This document shows positions 25,144 through 32,000 of a stretch of 32,000 nucleotides of DNA, piece by piece. This DNA comes from Copranaerobaculum intestinale (lineage in GTDB: Bacteria > Bacillota_I > Bacilli_A > Erysipelotrichales > Erysipelotrichaceae). Numbering within the stretch: the first letter of the stretch is position 1; every line of letters starts with the position of its first letter. The stretch is taken from positions 62,659-94,658 of the forward strand of contig NZ_WUUQ01000006.1 in the NCBI RefSeq assembly GCF_009831105.1. Reading direction: 5' to 3'. The translations under genes and the position numbers were made by a program. Below the pieces are notes generated by a model. The model was not told the DNA's origin and did not search any database. It saw only the letters and a list, made by a program, of their open reading frames with translations.

Positions 25144-26010
25144 ATGGATATCAAAATGATTGCCTGTGATCTGGATGGTACGTTGTTAACAAAAAATCAT
25201 GAGGTTTCCCCATTTACCAAGCAGATGCTTTTAGAAGCACAGAAACGCGGTATCATTGTCACCCTGGCAACTGGCCGTGATAAAGGAAGCTTGGATTTTG
25301 TCTATGAACCGCTGGAACTGGAAAATGGAAATAACTATGTGGCCGGCATTAATGGGCAGGTGATTTACAGCTTTCAGAAAAAGGAATATTTCGTCGATGC
25401 TGTCATGGATGGGGAAGATGCCAAAAAATGTATGCAGGTAGCCAAAGCGTTTAATCTGGAATGTATCTGCTGCTGCGGCTATGACCATTACAATTATATT
25501 TCCAAGCCATTGAAGCTGATGAAGCAGGTTCGCTCGCTGCTTGCCGGTCAGCCTACGGATTATGGACTGCAGGATGGCAAGCGTAATTTCATTGAGGTGG
25601 ACATCGACCAGCTTGAGATAACGCAGGATATTAATAAGATCATTTATATTCAGTCAGCGAAATTCTTCCGCAAAAATCTTCCAGTCCTGCGTGAAGCCTT
25701 AAAGGATTATGAAGTACTCATGGTAGGTGATGCCTGGATGGAGATCATGCCAAAAGGGGTCAGCAAAGGTAATGCTTTGAAAAGAATTGCTGAGGAAAAC
25801 GGCTTTACAATGGATCATGTGATGGTCTTTGGTGATGCCGAAAACGATCTGTCTATGTTTGATATGGCAGGCTACAGTGTAGCAATGGGCAATGCAATGC
25901 CGGTTGTGAAGGAACACGCTTCCATGGTCTGCGATGATAATGAACATGACGGCATTGGCAAAACAATTGAAAACTATCTTTTTCAAGCAAAAACAGAACC
26001 TACGAACTAG
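25144..26010 (+). CDS. Cof-type HAD-IIB family hydrolase (sugar-phosphate phosphatase-like)
   Basis: HAD motif I ACDLDGTLL, motif II TLATGR, motifs III/IV K...GDAENDLSM. Confidence 0.85.
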   Translation: MDIKMIACDLDGTLLTKNHEVSPFTKQMLLEAQKRGIIVTLATGRDKGSLDFVYEPLELENGNNYVAGINGQVIYSFQKKEYFVDAVMDGEDAKKCMQVAKAFNLECICCCGYDHYNYISKPLKLMKQVRSLLAGQPTDYGLQDGKRNFIEVDIDQLEITQDINKIIYIQSAKFFRKNLPVLREALKDYEVLMVGDAWMEIMPKGVSKGNALKRIAEENGFTMDHVMVFGDAENDLSMFDMAGYSVAMGNAMPVVKEHASMVCDDNEHDGIGKTIENYLFQAKTEPTN

Positions 26011-26022
26011 GCTCTGTTTTTT
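25993..26022 (+). terminator. Terminator hairpin embedded in the overlapping 3' ends of the HAD and ybaK genes
   Basis: ACAGAACCTA-cgaac-TAGGCTCTGT (one mismatch) followed by TTTTT. The stem contains the TAG stop of the plus-strand gene (26008-26010) and the stop of the minus-strand ybaK (26000-26002). Confidence 0.5.
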
Positions 26023-26497
26023 CACATATGGATGCGTATTCAGCATGAATGATATCGACAAGATCATGAGGGCTGCATGCAATCTGCAAGCCGATTTTGC
26101 CGCCGCTGAAGATGATGGTGGAATATGCTTGTGCGCTTTCATCGAGAATTGTGGGAAACTGCTTTTTCATGCCCAGCGGTGAGCACCCGCCTCGGACATA
26201 ACCGCTGATTTTGGTGATGTCCCGAACCGGAATCATCTCGATGCTTTTTTCATGTACGGCCTTTGCGGCTTCTTTCAGATGCAGCGTTTCCGCAACCGGC
26301 ACCATAAATACATAATATTGCTTGGAATGGCCGACACAAATCAGTGTTTTGAATACCTGTTCAGGATTTTGATTCAGCATTTGGGCGACATGGACACCAT
26401 CCACTGCTTCTCCCTGATGCTTATAGGTATAGGTCTGATAGGTTATCTTTGCTTTATCCAGCAAACGCATGGCATTGGTTTTACTTATTTTCGGCAT
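26000..26497 (-). CDS. ybaK: Cys-tRNA(Pro)/Cys-tRNA(Cys) deacylase YbaK
   Basis: The N-terminus KTNAMRLLDKAKITYQTYTY and the GGCSPLG motif are typical of YbaK/EbsC trans-editing proteins. AGGAGTG lies 6 nt upstream of the ATG. Confidence 0.85.
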   Translation of the reverse strand: MPKISKTNAMRLLDKAKITYQTYTYKHQGEAVDGVHVAQMLNQNPEQVFKTLICVGHSKQYYVFMVPVAETLHLKEAAKAVHEKSIEMIPVRDITKISGYVRGGCSPLGMKKQFPTILDESAQAYSTIIFSGGKIGLQIACSPHDLVDIIHAEYASICEKTEPSS

Positions 26498-26608
26498 ACG
26501 ATCACTCCTGCGCCTACTATAAGCTAAGAAGCGAAAAAAGGCAAGTGATCGATAAACATTTTACAGGGGTAAGAAAAGTATTGTATAATTGAGCAGGATG
26601 GTGTGAAT

Positions 26609-27487
26609 ATGAATATTAAAATGATTGTAACGGATATGGATGGGACTTTGCTAAACAGCCGTGACGAATGTTCTGCCGCTACCTGTGCAGCCTTGATCAA
26701 AGCTCAGGAAAAAGGAATGCGGCTGGTGTTAGCCAGCGGCCGCAGCTATACGAAAATGCTGAAATATGCTGATATGCTGCATATGCGTGAGTTCGGAGGC
26801 TACTTGATCGAAGTTAACGGCATGGCGCTGATGGATTTAAAAACATCAAAACGCACTGTGTATCAGCAGCTGAATCAGCAGGACTGCCAACGTTTGTTTG
26901 ATGCGTTGGCTCCCTATGTAGTAGAACAAATTTATATGATCGATGATGGCATGTATCATTATTTGCCGCAGCCGATATATGAGAAAAAGGCCGCATATCG
27001 CAAGCAGCATGGTTATCCCGATGATTATCCGCTGACTGCTAGTATATTAGGATATCTTTATGATAACCGGGAAGGCTATCCCCGTCTGATGACGATGCAG
27101 ACTCCAAAGGATATTAAGCTTCCCATCAATAAGCTATGTGTATATGAAGAGCCAAATAAATTGAAACCGATTGCGGACGATATCAAAGCAACTTTTCAAC
27201 AGGATTATTGGGCCGGCTTGGTTCATAACAATTGGCTGGAAATTACGCCGCTTGGGGTCTCAAAGGCCGTGCGGCTGAAACAGCTGGCAGATCAGCTGCA
27301 CATTAAATCTGACGAAATTTTATGCTTTGGTGATGGTGAAAATGATATAGAAATGCTTCAAAGCGTCACATATGGCATTGCGATGGGCAATGCTTTGGAT
27401 AATGTGAAGCAGGCTGCGTTCGATGTGACATTATCGAATGATGAAGACGGTATTTGGGCTGCTTTAAAGCAGTATGAAATTATATAG
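26609..27487 (+). CDS. Cof-type HAD-IIB family hydrolase (second copy)
   Basis: MIVTDMDGTLL, LASGRS and GDGENDIEML motifs. I prefer the ATG at 26609 over the GTG at 26603. Confidence 0.85.
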   Translation: MNIKMIVTDMDGTLLNSRDECSAATCAALIKAQEKGMRLVLASGRSYTKMLKYADMLHMREFGGYLIEVNGMALMDLKTSKRTVYQQLNQQDCQRLFDALAPYVVEQIYMIDDGMYHYLPQPIYEKKAAYRKQHGYPDDYPLTASILGYLYDNREGYPRLMTMQTPKDIKLPINKLCVYEEPNKLKPIADDIKATFQQDYWAGLVHNNWLEITPLGVSKAVRLKQLADQLHIKSDEILCFGDGENDIEMLQSVTYGIAMGNALDNVKQAAFDVTLSNDEDGIWAALKQYEII

Positions 27488-27504
27488 GAAAGGTTTTGAT
27501 TCCA

Positions 27505-28419
27505 ATGAGTACAAAAAAGAAAAAACGCAGACTCCGGCTGGGACGGCTGTTAATCGTAATACTCGGTTTTTTAATGGTATTTGTCGTCATCGCGGGAGCT
27601 GGGGTGTTTGCGTATTATAAATACGTGACCTCACAGGCTAAAGATATGAATATCCTACTAATCGGAACAGACGGCAGGGAATCTACTGATAATTCTTCAC
27701 GTGCTGATACGCTGATGATGATTCATGTCGATAAGGATACCAATACGATTACTACGGTTTCTCTGCCGCGTGATTCATATGTTTATATACCTTGTGAGGA
27801 TGCCTATGATAAAGTCAATCATGCCTTTTCATATGGAGATGCCAACTGGGCAAACAAAGGCGGCGGACGTGCCTGTACGATGAAAACCGTACAGAATGTG
27901 TTTGAATTGCCGGAGCTGGATAATTACGTGGAAGTCGATTTTTCCAAAATGATGAAAATTGTTGATTTAGTGGGAGGAATCGATTTGACCCCAACACATA
28001 CGTTTTGTGAGATGGATGAAAATGAACTAGCGGATCAATACTGTTTTACCGAAGGAAAAACCATACATATGAACGGTGCTATGGCACTTGCCTATTCTCG
28101 TCATCGCAAGAGTGACAGTGATATTTACCGTGCTGGCCGCCAAGAAGAAGTGGTAAAGTCGCTCTTTTCCAAAGCCAAGCGTCAGGGCTTGTGGGATTTG
28201 TATAAGCTGAGTAAGGAAGTTCTTAAAATTGTCGATACAAACTTGACCTTTCAGGATTTGATCGGGTATGCGGATATGCTGGAGGGTGAACTGAAAATCG
28301 ATCAGCAGGTTGTTTCGGGCAGTGATGATTGGGAATATGTGCCGGCTTATGGTCAGGAGATTTATTACTACAAACTGGATCAGGATTGGTTAAGTAATAT
28401 TATAAAAACCTTTCAGTAA
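27505..28419 (+). CDS. LCP (LytR-CpsA-Psr) family cell-envelope phosphotransferase
   Basis: Basic N-terminus, one TM helix, then ILLIGTDGRE...RADTLMMIHVD...SLPRDSYV...HAFSYG, the LCP core. I prefer the ATG at 27505 over the TTG at 27496. Confidence 0.85.
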   Translation: MSTKKKKRRLRLGRLLIVILGFLMVFVVIAGAGVFAYYKYVTSQAKDMNILLIGTDGRESTDNSSRADTLMMIHVDKDTNTITTVSLPRDSYVYIPCEDAYDKVNHAFSYGDANWANKGGGRACTMKTVQNVFELPELDNYVEVDFSKMMKIVDLVGGIDLTPTHTFCEMDENELADQYCFTEGKTIHMNGAMALAYSRHRKSDSDIYRAGRQEEVVKSLFSKAKRQGLWDLYKLSKEVLKIVDTNLTFQDLIGYADMLEGELKIDQQVVSGSDDWEYVPAYGQEIYYYKLDQDWLSNIIKTFQ

Positions 28420-28421
28420 AA

Positions 28422-28458
28422 AGAAAAGAGCGATGGATGCGCTCTTTTCTTTTTCTTT
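28422..28458 (+). terminator. Rho-independent terminator after the LCP gene
   Basis: AGAAAAGAGCG-atggatg-CGCTCTTTTCT followed by a T-rich tail. Confidence 0.75.
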
Positions 28459-28481
28459 ATTATTTTTAAAAGGGAGAAAGT

Positions 28482-28754
28482 ATGAAAAATTGGATTAGGA
28501 AATTACATTTTTCATCGGCAAGTATTCCTCTTGCCTATACTCAGTATAGAAAATGTTTATATGAATATTACGTCATAAGAATGTTAAAATATGTGATTTA
28601 TGTTAACCGAAAGATCAAGGAATTTATTGTTGTATCAAGCTATCTTTTAAAGAATGAATTTGTTATTTCTTCAGCAGCTTTCATCATATTCAAACGGTAT
28701 CTGAATTCTACATTTACATTCGCTTTCACGGATCTCAAAGTTACCTCACAATGA
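28482..28754 (+). CDS. Doubtful small ORF (90 aa) in a low-GC patch
   Basis: GGGAGA lies 5 nt before the ATG and a terminator-like hairpin is at 28790-28820. The composition is Y/K/I/F-rich, as expected from any AT-rich DNA, and I recognise no motif. Confidence 0.25.
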   Translation: MKNWIRKLHFSSASIPLAYTQYRKCLYEYYVIRMLKYVIYVNRKIKEFIVVSSYLLKNEFVISSAAFIIFKRYLNSTFTFAFTDLKVTSQ

Positions 28755-28789
28755 AGATTGACAATTATTCAAATAATGCGATAAATAAA

Positions 28790-28820
28790 GGAAAAAACCG
28801 CTGGGAGGCGGCTTTTTCCG
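28790..28820. terminator. Bidirectional terminator-like hairpin
   Basis: GGAAAAAACCGC-tgggag-GCGGCTTTTTCC (one mismatch), with an A-run 5' and a T-run 3'. Confidence 0.5.
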
Positions 28821-28996
28821 ATTATAGGGGATAGAATGATATACGGAACTTGGGATAATTTCTAGGGGATTCCGTATTAGCAAGATGTACTTGCTGATAA
28901 CACTATATCATTTTAGATTGTCGAAAGATGACGAATCATCGTTTATGACTCTTTTTCTGAATTTTTTATTCTTTTTTTATGGAATGCTTTGAAATT

Positions 28997-29005
28997 TGAT
29001 ATAAT
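28997..29005 (+). promoter_or_regulatory. Extended -10 promoter element TGaTATAAT
   Basis: TG-a-TATAAT at 28997-29005, about 20 nt upstream of the ATG at 29027. No good -35 element. Confidence 0.4.
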
Positions 29006-29026
29006 TTGGTCGAAGGGTTTGATGGT

Positions 29027-29374
29027 ATGCGTGAAAATACATGGAAAAAAGCCGCAATGGCAGCGATGAAGCAGCACGGTTTTAAAAGGAATGCCATAAA
29101 TCATAGCTTTTATTGCGAATGGCCGCACTGTTTGGCTGCCGCAGAATTTGAAATCGTACATAATAAACAAACGATGCGGATACGGCTTGATCTGTATGTA
29201 TATGCAAAACATGACCTGAAGAACCTGATGGATAAGGTGGATGCCAGTGATTATTTGACCTGCCAAGGTAAAGCGGATTTTCTGCTTGAGGGAGTAACCA
29301 GAGAAGCGGTTTATGACCAGGTGATCGATGCCTTGCAGGAAAGTATCCCTCGGATATCTGACATACCTGATTAA
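29027..29374 (+). CDS. Hypothetical protein (~115 aa)
   Basis: Balanced, charged composition, in contrast to the overlapping minus-strand ORF 28943-29416, which looks like an antisense shadow. GAAGGG is upstream of the ATG at 29027. The N-terminal pattern ...MKQHGFKRN...F is faintly reminiscent of DUF4304-type proteins, but I cannot confirm that. Confidence 0.55.
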   Translation: MRENTWKKAAMAAMKQHGFKRNAINHSFYCEWPHCLAAAEFEIVHNKQTMRIRLDLYVYAKHDLKNLMDKVDASDYLTCQGKADFLLEGVTREAVYDQVIDALQESIPRISDIPD

Positions 29375-29435
29375 AAAGATGCAATTCGGCAATACTGTAA
29401 GCGAAATGGCAAGCAATTTATTATTTTGGCAGAAT

Positions 29436-29464
29436 TTGCATCCTGAGGTTCAGCGTGATATAAT
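29436..29464 (+). promoter_or_regulatory. SigmaA promoter of the DEAD-box helicase gene
   Basis: TTGCAT (29436-29441), 17 nt, then TGa-TATAAT (TATAAT at 29459-29464). The -10 ends 36 nt before the ATG at 29501. Confidence 0.6.
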
Positions 29465-29500
29465 TTATCAGTTATCGTAAAAAACGGAAAGAAGGCAACA

Positions 29501-31243
29501 ATGACAAATTTTAATGAATTACCAATTAGCAACGAGATTTTAAAAGCTGTCCAGGAAATGGGCTATGAACATGCAACGCAGATACAGGCAGAAGCGATTC
29601 CGCTGATCATGCAGGGGAATGACGTTTTAGGCCGTTCAAATACAGGTACCGGAAAGACTGCCGCATTCGGCATTCCGGCGATCGAGCACGTAGAACCGGG
29701 ACACAAGCTGCCGCAGGCGCTGATCATCTGTCCGACCAGAGAACTGGTTACTCAGGTCGCAACCGAATTAAGAAAGTTTAGTAAGTATAAGGAAGGTATC
29801 AAGATTGTACCGATCTACGGTGGTCAGCCGATCGACCGGCAGATTCAACTCTTGAAGCGCGGAGTTGGAATCGTCGTAGGAACTCCCGGAAGAATCATGG
29901 ATCATTTAAATCGCCGTACCTTGAAGTTAAACGAGATTGATATGGTAATTTTAGATGAAGCTGATGAAATGCTGAACATGGGATTTAAGGAAGATATTGA
30001 AAGTATTCTTTCCATGATGCCCGATGGCAGAGAGCATCAGACGATTCTGTTTTCTGCTACGATGCCGGATGCCATTATGCAGATTACTAAGCAATTTCAG
30101 AAAAATCCGTGTGAAGTGGAAATCAAAAGTGCACAGCGTACGATAGATACGGTTGAGCAAATCTATTATGAAGTACCAAGGGGCAAGAAAACAAATGCCC
30201 TGCGGGTGCTGCTGAATCATTATGATCCGGATTTGACCATGATTTTCTGCAACACAAAGAAAATGGTAGATGAATTGACTGATGAGCTTAATAACAATGA
30301 TTTAAAGGCAATCGGTTTGCACGGCGATATGAAGCAGGTAGTGCGTACCCGCGTCATGGAGCAGTTTCGCACCGGAAACTATCCGATTCTGATTGCGACG
30401 GATGTGGCTGCCCGCGGTATTGACGTGGACAATATTGAGTTGGTTGTTAATTTTGATATTCCTCAGGATAATGAATATTATATTCACCGTATCGGAAGAA
30501 CCGGCAGAGCGGGCCGTCAAGGCAAGGCGATTACTTTGATCAGCGGCCGCAAACAGCGTGATTTCATTAAAGAAATCATGCATTACACCAAGACGAGCAT
30601 TCGCAAACATGTACTGCCCAGCAATGCGCAAATGCTGGAAGCGGGAAGAACTGCCTTTATTGAGTCGGTGAAACAGGCATGTGACAGTATTGACCAGGAC
30701 AGTATGGATATCGCAAACGAGCTGATGGCAGAAGGTATTGCGATTGAAAATATCATCAGTGCGCTGATTTCAATGAACTATCATCCGGAAGTTATTGATA
30801 TCGAGGACGATAAAAAGCAGGCACGCCGTGATTTTGAAACAACCCCGCTGAAATTTGATATCGGCGCATCCGGCGGAATTCAGCCAGGCCATATTGTATG
30901 CGCAATTGCGGAAACAACCGGATTGTCATCCAGTGTTATCGGCCGCATTGATGTGCGTGCACATTTCACGATCGTAGGCATTGCCAGTGACTATTCTCAT
31001 GTGGTGCTGGAGAAAATGAATCATACAATGATCCGCGGCAAGGATGTAACCGTTGTAGTTGATAAGAAACCAAAACGCCGTCAGGAGCGTGAGCGTAAAG
31101 ATCGCTATGAACATAAGGATAAAGTAAGCGCGTTCTTTGATGAAGAAAAGAAGCGCGGATCTCGCGTTTCTAAAACCAAAGGTGATAAGAAAACAAAGGA
31201 AGCACGCAGCCGTAATTCCCGCAGAGAACGCGGTAACCGTTAA
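29501..31243 (+). CDS. DEAD-box ATP-dependent RNA helicase (DeaD/CshA-like, with DbpA-type RNA-binding domain and basic tail)
   Basis: Q-motif (FNEL...GYEHATQIQ), motif I SNTGTGKT, motif II DEAD, motif III SAT, motif VI HRIGRTGRAG. C-terminal DbpA-like RRM (FDIGASGGIQPGHIVCAIAE...IRGKDVTV) and a Lys/Arg-rich tail. Confidence 0.93.
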   Translation: MTNFNELPISNEILKAVQEMGYEHATQIQAEAIPLIMQGNDVLGRSNTGTGKTAAFGIPAIEHVEPGHKLPQALIICPTRELVTQVATELRKFSKYKEGIKIVPIYGGQPIDRQIQLLKRGVGIVVGTPGRIMDHLNRRTLKLNEIDMVILDEADEMLNMGFKEDIESILSMMPDGREHQTILFSATMPDAIMQITKQFQKNPCEVEIKSAQRTIDTVEQIYYEVPRGKKTNALRVLLNHYDPDLTMIFCNTKKMVDELTDELNNNDLKAIGLHGDMKQVVRTRVMEQFRTGNYPILIATDVAARGIDVDNIELVVNFDIPQDNEYYIHRIGRTGRAGRQGKAITLISGRKQRDFIKEIMHYTKTSIRKHVLPSNAQMLEAGRTAFIESVKQACDSIDQDSMDIANELMAEGIAIENIISALISMNYHPEVIDIEDDKKQARRDFETTPLKFDIGASGGIQPGHIVCAIAETTGLSSSVIGRIDVRAHFTIVGIASDYSHVVLEKMNHTMIRGKDVTVVVDKKPKRRQERERKDRYEHKDKVSAFFDEEKKRGSRVSKTKGDKKTKEARSRNSRRERGNR

Positions 31244-31289
31244 AGCATGATTTACGAATAGGAAATTGTGATGATGCTCATATAGCTGA

Positions 31290-31327
31290 AAGGATTGTAC
31301 CTCGCATAATGGTACAATCCTTTTTAT
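31290..31327 (+). terminator. Rho-independent terminator after the helicase gene
   Basis: AGGATTGTACC-tcgcataat-GGTACAATCCT followed by TTTTT. Confidence 0.8.
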
Positions 31328-31363
31328 CAATTCTGATTGAAGAAAGCATATAAAAAGGATATG

Positions 31364-31801
31364 TCAGGAGGACATATCTTTCATTTCATCGAAACAGGAA
31401 GACCGTACAATCTGATCTCGTCCGGCATTTTTTGCTTCATATAGAGCTTCATCAGCGTATTTGATACCTTGTTCAATATGATGAATAGAATGCAATTTCT
31501 GATACCAAAGACCCGCGCTTATACTGACACATCCCTGTTCCGTATCCGATCTTTCAATATGCTCTTTTTTTATTGCTTCTAACAGTTTTTTTGCGAAAGC
31601 TTCAGCGGAAAACGGATGTTTTGAGAATTTTACGACTAGAAATTCTTCTCCCCCATAACGTATGGATATAGCGTTTTCCTCATGACTGATTTTTTGAATT
31701 AAATTAGCGATTTTCTGTATACAGACATCTCCTTGAACATGTCCGTATAAGTCATTGTATTGCTTAAAATAATCGATATCCAACATCAAAAACATACCCA
31801 T
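31364..31801 (-). CDS. Short GGDEF-domain protein (diguanylate-cyclase catalytic domain only; possibly N-terminally truncated)
   Basis: LMLDIDYFKQYNDLYGHVQGD and RYGGEEF active-site motifs. The frame is closed by a stop only 14 codons upstream of the first ATG. The usual N-terminal DxLTxLxNR helix and any sensor domain are absent. Confidence 0.7.
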   Translation of the reverse strand: MGMFLMLDIDYFKQYNDLYGHVQGDVCIQKIANLIQKISHEENAISIRYGGEEFLVVKFSKHPFSAEAFAKKLLEAIKKEHIERSDTEQGCVSISAGLWYQKLHSIHHIEQGIKYADEALYEAKNAGRDQIVRSSCFDEMKDMSS

Positions 31802-32000
31802 ATACCCTTTTTTTCGTGACGCTTCAAAATTCGGGTATATTTTTTATATTTAAATTATATATGTCTTTTTGACTATCTTTTTATATCTTCTTAAATGTCC
31901 GCATAGCCTTATTTTATCGGCTCTACGGGCATTTTGCTTTTGTGGTAAACCTCACATATCTAGGTCTATCTTCTTATATTTTCCCTATCAATCGTGGTTA

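Noticed and set aside
28943-29416. 157-aa minus-strand ORF overlapping the 29027-29374 hypothetical gene
   Set aside because: The translation is rich in I, F, C and H and has no SD. The plus-strand ORF has an extended -10 element, an SD and protein-like composition. I kept the plus-strand gene at moderate confidence only.
31845-32000. c-di-GMP riboswitch or mobile-element terminus upstream of the GGDEF gene
   Set aside because: I could not find the GEMM-type conserved segments, terminal inverted repeats or transposase fragments. Only 156 nt are visible before the window ends, so the question is left open as a finding rather than a feature.
1-32000. CRISPR arrays, tRNA/rRNA genes, IS elements, prophage or defence-system genes
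   Set aside because: No regularly spaced direct repeats, no cloverleaf-like or rRNA-like segments, and no transposase, integrase, nuclease or ATPase defence-type ORFs were seen in the six-frame track. All large ORFs have metabolic, transport or housekeeping assignments.

Overview
This window looks like a chromosomal segment of a low-GC Gram-positive (Bacillota-type) anaerobe. The basis is the AGGAGG-type Shine-Dalgarno sites, the LevR/sigma54-PTS logic, and the LCP and YtvI-type genes. About 28 genes are tightly packed. I found no rRNA, tRNA, CRISPR array, transposase, integrase or phage genes.

Left third: a 5'-truncated mgtC, an ABC exporter, and a five-gene minus-strand histidine-utilisation operon (hutH, hutU, glutamate formimidoyltransferase, hutI, formimidoyl-THF cyclodeaminase).

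Centre (9.6-19.9 kb), the most interesting part: a glycyl-radical enzyme (GRE) of the eliminase type, its radical-SAM activase and an Fsa-type fructose-6-phosphate aldolase form one operon. Next come a LevR-like sigma54 enhancer-binding/PRD regulator and a sigma54-promoted mannose-class PTS operon (IIA-IIC-IID-IIB) that ends in a UPF0309-like SIS protein. I read this as a Gram-positive version of the GRE-plus-Fsa 'radical glycolysis' route for anhydro- or deoxy-hexose-6-phosphates, with different transport and regulation and an extra gene of unknown role.

Right third: cutC, a DeoR regulator, an AI-2E/YtvI-type permease, a LacX-like aldose epimerase, nagB, two Cof-type HAD phosphatases flanking ybaK, an LCP protein, a low-GC patch with doubtful or hypothetical small ORFs, a DEAD-box RNA helicase, and a short GGDEF-only protein preceded by non-coding AT-rich DNA.

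All functional calls come from reading motifs in the supplied translations. No database search was possible.
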